Source of the DNA: Catajapyx aquilonaris
Taxonomy: Eukaryota
Length of the DNA stretch: 36,410 bases
Assembly (NCBI GenBank): GCA_000934665.2
Contig: JYFJ02003920.1
Coordinates: 1 to 36,410 of the forward strand
Reading direction: 5' to 3'
Made by a program: the position numbers and the translations under genes
Shown here: positions 21,512-32,391 of the stretch, one piece after another
How the letters are laid out: each line of letters begins with the position of its first letter
Position numbering within the stretch: the stretch's first letter is position 1
Notes under the pieces: model-generated
The model's input: only the letters and a program-made list of their open reading frames with translations
What the model was told of the DNA's origin: nothing
Database searches by the model: none

Positions 21512-24367
21512 ATGCCGCTAACACGTACCGATCCATTGCAGAGAACGATGGAAGGCAAACGGTCTCCACCTTCAACTCTTCCGAAGCCCAGGCTCCAGGG
21601 TCGGCCCATGATCCCGTTGCCCATCGAGGCTTTCGAGGCAGGGAGGGAAAGGCCGCCTGATTTTATCCTGCAGTTGGAGCGGAAGAAGTCCTTCAAGTTG
21701 GCCCACGAGCAGGGGGCTGGGAATCCATGCAACAAATGTGGTGACCTTTGCCCTGGATTTGACCTGCACTTTTGGAGGTATATGTTTGATAGGGGCTGCG
21801 GCATGATTTATATGAGACACCCGGTACTATGCTGATAGCTTTTTTGACCTGAAAGGCGCAGAAGTGCTTTTGTGGGGCAAATGTGCGGCGTTGAAGGCTG
21901 GCTGCTGTCAAGGTCACATCTGGCTTTTGAAACAATGCGCCTGACGCATCTGCTTATTTGTAGCATGAAGCGTAGTAAACAGCCTTTTAAGCGCATCTGA
22001 ATTGCAAACCAATAGTAAGCCAAAATTGCAGATATGATAATAAATATCACAACTGCCAGGAAGCTTCAGGTGGAACATACACAGCGTTGACGAGACACCA
22101 CATTTTGCTAACATTACACGTTTTATGCGACAGGAAAATATGCCGTCACTGCAAGTGCGGGAAGCAAGAACATAGTGTGGCGGATGAAGACAACTTCCAC
22201 ACAGTTGAGAGGCTTCTGGGACCTCGGGACAAGAGCATTCCAAAGTGTAAGTCAAGGGTGGCACTGCTAATTGGACCTTGACCTAATTTTTGTGCTTTGA
22301 TTTGTACAGGGACGAGAATGAAGACGATGGACCAGACTGGCAACTCGCAGGACGTGCAGTACGCCTGGGTTCCACCGGGAGTGAGCCTCGATGTGGTGAG
22401 TGCAAATGTTTTGTGCCCTTAAAATGTGACAATTATGCAATGTTAACCTTGTAACGACAGGCGAAAGAATACATGGAGAAGATTCCTGTGGAGAAGCAGC
22501 CAATAAGGGGCTCGGAAGGTGACAAGAACAGGAAAGACCAGCTCCAGAGGCAGGTCCCGCCACATGACATGGACGACACACTGTGCCATGCTCTCACTCC
22601 AGAAGAGCGCTTGTGGTGAGTAGATGGTGAAGAATACTCCAGACATGGATTGACATGTTGATGGCTGATTTAATTTCCGCATTAGCTTGCAGCAGTATGT
22701 GGATAACCTGAAGGAGAATGCGGTGGGACAAGGGTCTGTCCGCATCTGCAAGCTGTCCACTGCGCCGGCCTCAACAGCCAGATCCGTGGGACTGGGACAT
22801 GTCAAGCACCCACCACCAGCTCCATTCTTTCTGCGACGCAACTCTAACAATGCCACCAACAACAATGAGCCACCTTCCCCGCAAGATTGGCCTCCTCCAC
22901 CTCCGCCCTCCGCCTTCCACACTGATGAGGTCCTGAGCAGCCCTGAGCTGAAGCCGTCCAACATGGAACCACCCAGTTTCCCTCCACCTCCGCCACCATC
23001 ATTGTTGCTGAAGGCTGACGGAGTGGATGAGCTGGGACAAGCAATTGAAGGCATGGGATTGAACAACAATGGATGGAAGGAGGAGCTCACACCCACAGTC
23101 AGGGACCAGGTTGTGCTCAAGATGTGAGTATTGTAATCACACACTGAAATTTTCTGTATTCATGCAAACATGATTTTTTTCCTTCTAATCAGTGTACAGA
23201 CGATGTATCCCGAGGCAACATTTGAGAGCATGCAGGAAATGCCGATGCACGAGTTTGCCACATTTGTTGGGGAGAAAGAGAGCCAGATGTACGATAAGGC
23301 AGGTTCCTTGGATGATTACTGCGACCATGTGGAAGCAATCATGAGGGACGTTCGAGAGGAGATGGGTAAGAAAGTGACATGTCATAATACCTGACAGCAA
23401 CAATGTTCACGTAAAAATCTAACATTTCAGATCGCCAAGACCCAAGCAGGATTTACGGCAATGAAGTTGATCAGGTGGTGTATGCTGGTGACCTTGACTC
23501 CTCCTGCCGCAAGTGCAACAAGCCTCTGACAGAAGGAGAGGTGCTGGTGGTGGCCGAGAGGGCAGGAGGCGGCACCTGGTGGCATCCGGAATGCTTCTGC
23601 TGCAAAGTCTGCGGAGAGATGCTGGTTGACCTCATTTACTTCCATCACGAAGGAGAGCTTTACTGCGGAAGGCACTACGCAGAGGCCGTGTCCATACCCA
23701 GATGTCATGCATGCGATGAGGTCAGTGTATGGGTGACAAGGTTAAAGTGTTAGAGTTTAAATAATGTTTGAGCTTTCACTAGTCTTGCTCTCAGTCAGAT
23801 GGATTTGGGAAAGGTAAGGCTTGCCTTTAGTGAACGTTTGGTATTATTTGAATTTGCGGTTGAAAGGCTTGAAGAAAATGGTGTTCATGAGCTTTTTCTT
23901 CTCAGCTCATATTTTCCAAGGAGTACACCCTGACAGCTGGAGCAACGTACCACGTTAAGCACTTCTGTTGCTTCGGATGCGACAACCCTCTGGCGGACCA
24001 AAAGTACGTCGTCATGGCTGAGCAGCAGGACCAGCCACATTGCCTCCCATGTTACCAGAAGTATTTTGGGAAGGTGAGATAAACGCATCTGCATGATTCT
24101 AGCTTGCCATGAGTTGTATCATGTCGGAGCTCTCTACAAACTGAATTCTACCATTGTCAGGTGTGTCGCACCTGCAGGCGTGACATAGGACCTGAGGAGC
24201 CAGCCCTGACTCATGGGACCCTTCACTTTCATGCCAACGACCAATGCTTCAGCTGCGATACCTGCAAGGCTACCCTCCTCGGCGGCAGGTTTTTGGAAAA
24301 AGATGGATTCATCTTTTGCAGCAGGGAGTGTAAAGCCAAAAAGTTGGTCGTTGAGACTGCTATCTGA
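21512..24367 (+). CDS. Tes: Testin-like protein (Cys-rich, PET, Pro-rich, KIX-like, 3x LIM), ~631 aa
   Basis: Exons 21512-21777, 22134-22246, 22310-22395, 22461-22615, 22686-23123, 23193-23365, 23431-23720, 23906-24073, 24161-24367; 1896 nt. Testin Cys-rich motif [33 protein letters not shown]; PET motifs YAWVPPG, Q.PPHD and AVGQG; LIM motifs WHPECFCCKVC..L.DLIYF, CGRHYAE..PRCHACDELIF, HFCCFGC and HFHA..CFSC..C. Alternative start at 21548. Confidence 0.92.
23071..23365 (+). other. KIX-like domain within the testin (23071-23123 + 23193-23365)
   Basis: Spliced peptide GWKEELTPTVRDQVVLKIVQTMYPEATFESMQEMPMHEFATFVGEKESQMYDKAGSLDDYCDHVEAIMRDVREEM aligns without gaps to the recalled CBP KIX sequence [75 protein letters not shown]. 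Confidence 0.8.
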
Positions 24368-25671
24368 GGCTGCTTCATGTTATCTTAAAACAGTTATATT
24401 TTTATTATGCAGACACAAATTATATATTTTTGATGTTGCTTTTTGAATGATCAGGATGGTTCTGAATGCACATATTGTACAGCTATTTAAATGTTCGTCA
24501 ATATGGGAACCAATTGCACGCTTCTAGAAAACCTTACGTGTGATGGCATCATGTTTCTCCCGCAGGTGGTGTACCAATTAGTTGGAAATGGTTATTCCAT
24601 AAAAAATTGCAGAGGTTGTCATACGTAAATGTGCATTTTTAAAACTCGAAGAATTGTGCTAAAAGTTTTTTATCCATGATGAATGGTTGCTAATGTAAAA
24701 TGGGAAATTGCAACTTCATTATTTTGCGGAGAAAAAACTAGGAGGATGTCATGTCCACAAAAACTTCAAGTGCGACGTAAAGTCATAGAAAATCCTCTTC
24801 TGGGACCGAAGTTCCCTAATGGATAAGGTTCTGCTGCATTAGGCAGGTTGTACTATTCAACCGGATGTATGTTTTGTGCCTTGTTCCATATAGAAAATGC
24901 TATTCTGCCATTGCATCGCAGATACTGAACATAAGACCTGATGATGCAAGCCAAGGCAAGCGCAGGGCATGTTTTCATGTACACGTCAAATATCAGCTGG
25001 ACCCCAAAGTTGAGAAATGCTATAAAAAATATAAAGTATATACAGCTTATTTTTATGCAACTATGCAGGGTATACTGTTGAACCAAATCGTCACTTATTT
25101 AATATTTATCTAGTTGGAAAAATATGTTATACATTTATTTAGTTTACATGATTCTTTGATGACCATTGCGGTGGAGCTTCATGCAAGTCAAATTATTTCA
25201 GGAGGGCTTTAACCACAAAGATTTACTGTAAGTCTCCACATACGGCAAAAGTTGTATCCATTAAGCCTGGGATTTGTTTCGGGAGCTCGATGAAACCGAT
25301 CATAACGAACTTGAATTGACTTGCACGAATATATCCTTCCGTAGATTATGAAACACACAGATTCCAAGTGCCATTGAGTCTTCCAATTACTGTCAATGAT
25401 AATCGATTGTTACTATTTAGACAGATTGCATGGAGGCGACAAGTTGAATTACTTGTGGTATTTAATAAAATTTACTTATTTACAAACTGTTTTATTTCAC
25501 ACGAGAAAATTAGTATTACAAAATCATCCTCGCAACAAATACTGTGGAAATCCCGTTTATACCAATGTCATGCAGTCCAGCATTACGCTGTCGCTTCACT
25601 TCTAGAGTGTTCAAGCGTGTTGCTCTTCCACTACCACGAAGCACTTGTTAGTGACCAAGCAGTTGTACAGG

Positions 25672-28600
25672 TCAGTAGATCCTCCTGTTGTTAAGCACAT
25701 TGTACACAATTGCTGCGAATGTCATCTGCACTGCCTCGCCTAGTTCCACTCCCTTCTTTCCCTTTTCCTCCACGCCTCCTTCCAACGCTCTCTCCGCATT
25801 GCACACCCTCCCCATTTGCACCAGAAGCCCCACTGCATCCTCCAGCATAATTGGAAATGCCTGGCAGGCTCTTGCGATTGCTGGCAATGCTCCCTTGAAC
25901 AGGGCTGCTCTGGATTCACCTGGGAGCACTCCCAAAAGGGTCGACAGCTCGTTCAGGGAAAGTCGTGCTATGGAATAGGCCTGTGGAAGTGCAAACTGTA
26001 CGGACAGGTGGGAGATGAGTTCCACGGCAAAAGACTGCTGGGACAGTTGCGGCTGGCTCAGCAGTTCTGGGATCCATTCCAGGCAGATGTGCATCGATGG
26101 GATACCACGGACTGTCACATCTAGCAAGTGTGGGTCATATCCCTGGAAGCAACACATTGTAGCAACAATTGACAACAGAAACATTTACGCAAAGTGCACA
26201 AGTACCTGAAAGTGTACAAGCTTGGCCAGTCCTGGATCCAGAATGAAAACCTGGTGCAGATATGAGCAGACCACACTCCTGGTCTCCTGCAAGTTCCACA
26301 ACTCCCCTCTCGTTGACGGTCCATTGTTGTTCTTGTCTGGAAGACAAGCCTCCAACAGTATCTGAACCACTGCACTCTCCTGGCCCGCAACCAGTGTTAC
26401 TCGCAACTCTTCACGTTCACTCTCAGAGGCACCGTTGTTGCCACCATTGTTCCCGACTCGGTCCAACTGGTGGCGCGACAGCTTGGCTCTGCATGCAGCC
26501 AGTGCTGCTGCCTGCATGCGGAGGAGGACCTCCAGCAATGGAGGACACCTGAGTAGAAAGACACTCCATATTAGTCACAACTTCAGGTTACAGCTCCATT
26601 GAAGCCGAGTCACAGCTGACAATATGCTTCAAAATGAGCACGTTTATAATTACGTACAAATTCACTGACCTGAATATCCTGGGGTCGCACCTGAGCACAA
26701 GCAAGGGATCAATCGACATCTGCTCTTCCACACTGGGCACTGCAGAGAGCCAAGACGAACCCCCAATACCCGAGATGAGGGTGGAGGGCAGCAAGGCAGC
26801 CACCGAGGTCACCCACAAGTGCCGGGGAAGGACGCTTGCCAAGTGGAACCACACCCGTTTGTACAGCTCTAAAAGTTTCGGTTCAAAAATGTTAATGCAA
26901 TCACAGGATTATAATTATTATAAGATTGGCGGTCCTTACCTTGCAGCTGCCTGGGTAGATCTGGATGCAAAACATCTTTGAAGAAGGAGATGAACACGTT
27001 CGAATATTGCCACACTTCCACTGCTGGCATGGACAGCAAGCGACGGAGGAGTTGGGCAACCAAACCAGGACATGAGTGCATCTTCTCAAAGGCTTCGGAA
27101 AGGATACGACAAATCAGTTTTAACACGAATTATTAGAAAACGATCCTTTACCATCCCGAATGTCTCCCTCGGTGATCCTACAAGCCCTTCCTCCTCTGCT
27201 GGCAACTCCCCCAACCTGACCAGCCAGGTAGATGTCATCCTGGTCGTACAACCAGTCTTCCACCAGACAGAGGTGTGGGAAATGTGTAGCCAGTAGCCTC
27301 AGGAGAGATGGGACCAGTCCGGAACAATTAGTCTTTTCCCTCAGGGCTTGTTGGAGCAGGTGCTTGATGGGGAGGCGGTTGAGCAGCCTCTGGGAGTAGG
27401 CCTTGTGACGAGTCCAATTGGAGGAGTTCGGACCGCCAGTGGGTCGGCCAGGCAGACGCTGGTCCTCATACAGGAGGGCATAGTACAACAGAAGAAGTTG
27501 TGCCGGGAGGGATGCATGAACAGGTGGGGGTCCAGCAGAAGAGGGTTCCGCGGCGGATGCAACAGACCCAAGGAACACAGCCCATAACTGGAAAGTAATT
27601 TTGTAAGTGCACATTGCCGCAGCTGCATACAAAACTTTCTCGGCGTATGACTCACCTCATCCTCACTAATCGGCTCATTGGTGTGCTCCGGATTTCCCTT
27701 GCTGCTAGGAACCAGGATGGATGTCACGTACACCTCAATGAGTGCAGGAAGCACTGGATGAAGGGGAGCCTTGCAACTGCACACCTGCCTGTAGCCACAA
27801 GCACCAACAACGGCATAAATATCTTGAGCCCACATATTCACATTAATATTACTGTACCTGTAGATCCAGTTCTTGATTGGTACCCTGTGCTTGGTGAAGG
27901 CCCTGCTCTTAAGAAGCTGATAAATACAATGCACTGGCAGGAAGCCGGGAATGTTGGCATTCAGATCTGGTGTCACCGGAACACGCACTGCTTGAGCCGT
28001 CACCACCTGTAATTAATAAAGATCCCAGATACACATATTTTATCAGGAGCAATGTTAGTTCCAGCAGAATTCATGTCCAAAAATATTTCCGAACCTGCTC
28101 TGTGAAGATCTCTAGGGTAAAGATCTGCTTCATCCGAGTGAGGCTGTTGGGCCTGACGGGGACTTTCATCCCTAAGGTAGAGCACACCAAGTCGCATATG
28201 GCACTCAGCTGGTTGCTGTGGAAGTGGATGGCCATCAACAGGAGCATCTCACCAAACGACGAGGATGTAGCTTCTGTGCCGTCATTGCCACTGCTGCTCC
28301 TAGTATTATAAAATTGCAATTCATGTTGAGAAAACATACTGTCGCCACTCCTCATAGCCAATGTTATTGTTGTTACACCAATTCTAGGCCATTCAGTCCC
28401 CGCTGACCTGTGCAAGTATGCCTCTTCCTTGGCAAGCCACTTGATCCAGGACACGCTCTTCTTCTCATGCTCTGCAGACGCCACAAGTGACGGGCAGGCA
28501 AAGAGCATGCACAGTCCCAAGGACACAAATCGTACCCCTGCAGCTGAGTTCTGCGGAGGTCGGGAAGTCAACAGCTGCACCACCAGCTCTACTTCCTCTT

Positions 28601-30370
28601 CGGTAAACTTCAGGGTGGCTATGCCCTGTGGTGATAGAAACAACAGTCACTATACAATGCAGGACATGTACTTGTGTTTTCTGACTGAAATAAACCGCAC
28701 CTTGAGAGCACAATAGAGCCTGAGAAGGGTCGAGGCCTCCACCACCAGGCTGTCTGGCAACACCCCTCCGTCCTGGTGGTGGTGATGGTGGTGATGCTTC
28801 TTCCCATCCAACTTTGGTTTGATGGGAGTCCTCTGGCGGATGATCCGCTTCAAGTGGGCCACCAATTCTTCGCGAAGTAGCTGCAGGGCAGACTGCGCCT
28901 CCCACTTGCGCTTCTGGCCATTGCGCACGAACAAGGAAAACCAGTTGCGGACCTGCCCAATGCACAAAATTGTAATAGAACCATAGGCAACTGCATGCTG
29001 AAATAATTAGCTAATGTTCACCTGTTGATCATTTCCGAGTAAAAGACCAGACACAAATGACACAAGGTCACTGCTGGAGCCTTCATCATCTGGCTGGCTT
29101 GTATCCATGAGCTCCGGATCATCCTGCTTCACGGTAGGTGCTGGTAACTCCGGAGGGGAACCCTTCAGGCAAAAAATTAGCATATGTGAACCACAAGGTA
29201 CATCAGACGTTAACAAACCAACCTGTACCTGATTAGGAAGACTGAGCAACACGGCCAGGGCTGGCATCCGACATGTCTCAACACATTTGGCCCTTATAGC
29301 CAACGCCTGAGAGGGGTTCATTTTGCACAGCATTAGGACGCATGCCAGCCTGACCCTTCCCCCTTGCGATTCCTCCTCTTGCTTCTCACCCGCTGCTACG
29401 AGTCCACCTACCACCTCCCTGAAGCAGTCTGGCATGTTGGCCAGCAAGCGGCACAGGACCCAGGGACCATGCCTGACACGGAGGAGTGCTTCTGAAACCT
29501 CGGAGACAGAGAGGACCCCAGGAAGCTCAGCCAGAGCAATGCACAGGACATCGCATATCTCCTCCACATACACCCCATTGTCAAAGAGGTCAGACTCTCG
29601 AATGGAGAACTCTGATGCAGGGCCTACCTCTTGAGTCTAAAAGAAATGAAAAGTTCCATTACAGAAAATGTTAGGCTGCTCAAACATGGCCATATTTTTC
29701 CGCTTACCTGGGAGATTGCAAGAAGTATTTCTCTGAGTACAAGTCTCAATCTGTCGGTGCTGTCACTCCTCTCAAACTCTTGGGCAAGCCTTTCCTGCGA
29801 CCAATTACCTAAAATGCTGTCATGTTGGCTGCTTCCAAGCTTCTGCCTGAAAATGCAGATGCATCGTCAATTACTGTAGGAAAAAAATTCTCGTTTGCTA
29901 AAAAAAATCACAAACAAATAGTAACAACACAAAGGAACGGCTGCCTATGAAGTTTGTGCCACGAACCTGAGCTGCTGCTCTTTCTTGACGTCAACCTCAA
30001 GATTGTGGAAGTCGATGGACAGCAGTGCCACCAGAGAGTTCACCGTCTCAATCCCGGACAGAATAGTCAGGATCCCCTTCCTGCCATCCGCACAATCCTG
30101 GCTCAAATCCAGCGGTGCAATCAAACTCATGCGCACCTGAAAAAGATGCACAATGCGCGCAACATGAACAAAGTGCGACCAGATGGGCACTGGATTCTTA
30201 ACTTTCTTTTCATGGGTTCACTGCGCCCCTGACTCATTCTGATCCATTACCAGGCAAGGCAGGATGGGCCTGAGCTCGTGCTCCGTGCATCCGGACAGGT
30301 GGTTGATGTCCACGTTCTGCAAGCCCTCGAACACGTGCGGGGACACCGGCTGACGCTGACGACGGAGCAT
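25672..30370 (-). CDS. INTS2: Integrator complex subunit 2, ~1180 aa
   Basis: 15 exons: 30370-30251, 30136-29967, 29846-29708, 29636-29223, 29162-29022, 28952-28701, 28625-28408, 28299-28095, 28006-27858, 27788-27656, 27587-27152, 27092-26940, 26868-26670, 26548-26206, 26142-25672; 3543 nt, phases consistent. Motifs ELRPILPCLVRMSL, VNSLVALLSIDFH.LE.D..KEQQLR, FGEMLLLMAIHFHSNQLSAICDLVCSTLGMK, DPLLVLRCDPRIFRCPP and LVHFQGY...V.GIPSMHICL. Confidence 0.95.
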
Positions 30371-30415
30371 CTCTCGCACTCGCTGTGGTGGAGTACCGGC
30401 GGCCAGTGGCCCCGG

Positions 30416-30485
30416 CTACGACGCTTGGTCCACCGGCACAGGACGAGGAAAAAGGGCGACAGAGCGACAGGGAAGCGCCATCTTG
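30416..30485 (-). promoter_or_regulatory. YY1-type motif (CAAGATGGCG) opening a 21-codon upstream ORF in frame with INTS2
   Basis: ATG at 30481, TAG at 30418-30416, main ATG at 30370 (offset 111 nt). Confidence 0.45.
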
Positions 30486-31346
30486 AAACTCAAGCTCCAA
30501 GGTTGCCAGATGCACACAATAAATGTGAGCAAATTAAATATTTTAGCTCGGGTTAGACGACTGATTTTGACCACAAGTATTCAGTACTGTAATCTTTCTC
30601 CTAACAGGCTTATTCTCTCCGTCAGATGTTTGTCCGACCTGGTAGTATCGCTATAGACCTGAAGGTGGCAGGAGTGTGTAGAAGACTATACGCCATCTAT
30701 GCATGAAGTACAGTACTTTGTAAATCGGTGGGACATCTCATTCAAGCTGTCACTATCATGCTGAAATTGGCAACACTAGTCATAACATACAGCAGAAATT
30801 CAAGTTCATAAAATATTTATTTTCACAATCTATAGGCCTACTCATTGCTATAAAAACATATACAAAATAATACGATATATGTACACAAACATTGGGATGA
30901 AGATCCATATAAAATACTTTCATGAAAGTCATGTACAGTACTAATGAACACCACGGTGCACTATACCTTACTGCAGGAGTTAGAGGACTGCTGAGACATC
31001 ATGCATGGAGGTGAACACGGTGACCTTGCAGGAGAGTCACTTTTCCTCTGCAAAGCTGCAAGTAGCTCAGCAGACATTTTCAAAATTTTGTAATACTTTA
31101 GACAAATTATTGGGAATCCTTTAGATAAAAAATCAATCAATGTGTTTCAGCATGACATCTCGGTTATTCACAATAATTGCGTAACAAGAAAGTGGCTCCA
31201 GTGCACAAATATATCAAAGGTAGACAGATCACATTGGAAGGCTCCTCCACACATTACAATAAGTCATGACACAGTATCCATATATGCTTTTCTGATAACA
31301 AAAATGTTGCATAACTAAATGGCATCCCTTATTAATGCCATTAAAA

Positions 31347-31629
31347 GGGCGACACGTTGGCGGAGTGGTTAGCGCCACAGCCTTCCACCTCTGTCCGATC
31401 CGGGGATCAAACTCGGGGCGAGTTTGATCCCCAGATCAGACAGAGGATGTTTATGTGGATAGAGTTTCGATGGGTTCTCTCCGTGTTCGCGTGGGTTTTC
31501 TCGGGGTTCTCCCGTTTACTCCCACTATCAAAATCCATCACAGCAAAGGCAACGATTAAAGTCGGTCACTTAAAAAGATGACCCCCTAAAAAGCCCAAGG
31601 AGGCTTATCACGGGGTATCCATTATTATT
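31347..31629 (+). mobile_element. tRNA-derived SINE with a V-domain-like core
   Basis: A box TGGCGGAGTGGTT and B-box-like GTTTGATCC; core GTTCTCTCCGTGTTCGCGTGGGTTTTCTCGGGGTTCTCCCGTTTACTCCCAC resembles the recalled V-SINE domain; (ATT)n tail; TSD ATTAATGCCATTAAAA (31331-31346) / ATTAATGCTGTTAAAA (31630-31645). Confidence 0.85.
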
Positions 31630-31912
31630 ATTAATGCTGTTAAAAACCACACCAATACAGACTCATATGCACTTATGTAAACAGATTCTGTACGTGGTGG
31701 ACCTACGTCACCATTTTTGTCATTCTTATGGTGACTTGTTAAGTGACAACGATGGTGATGTACGTCCATAGAAATTGAAGAAGAGAATATTGAGAGACTG
31801 TCAGTATTTCAAATTTACCAACTACAAATAGCGTCGGGATCAGAACAATATTGAAAAGGCACACAACAAAGGCACGTGCTAAGCATGGGCACTGTTATAC
31901 ATGCCTTGTTAA

Positions 31913-32391
31913 GGGGGCGCATTAGTAAAAAAATACGGTAACACTCGGTAACAATATGCGAGCCCTTGGCGACCACGTAAACAAACTCGCGTATGCATGG
32001 ACAGCATATGGGGATTCGACATGTCTGGAGCAATTGACACAAAAATTACACCAAAAAATAGGACATGATCTGGCGCAGGTCACCTTCGGCGTCATTTTAC
32101 CATTTTCGGCCTGGAAGTGACCTTTTCATCGAGTTGAGGTGAAAGAAAAATGGCGTTCCCGAAAAGCTTATTTGAATAACATGGCGGCAGGAACGCGACA
32201 AAGTCGGGAACGCTTCGGCGCCCGTATGTCCACAATTTTAATGCAATCATATCGAGTATGGTACCATAGTAAAGGCCAAACCTTTCCGCAGGGCACCTTC
32301 GGCGTGATTTTTGCGATTAACCGTCCGTTACGCCACAAAAAATAAAATTCCCCCAAAAATGCGCCTACCGTATTTTTACTAATGCGCCCCC
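31913..32391. mobile_element. Non-autonomous DNA transposon with TTAA flanks and GG termini (Kolobok-like, family tentative)
   Basis: TIRs GGGGGCGCATTAGTAAAAAAATACGGTA / TACCGTATTTTTACTAATGCGCCCCC; TTAA at 31909-31912 and 32392-32395. Confidence 0.8.

Noticed and set aside
22443..23144. 233-aa Gly-rich minus-strand ORF and other ORFs antisense to GGT, septin, IR, testin and INTS2 exons
   Set aside because: Antisense or off-frame shadows of well-supported exons.
31347..31440. tRNA gene
   Set aside because: A and B boxes are present but there is no clean cloverleaf, and it continues into a SINE body with tail and TSD.
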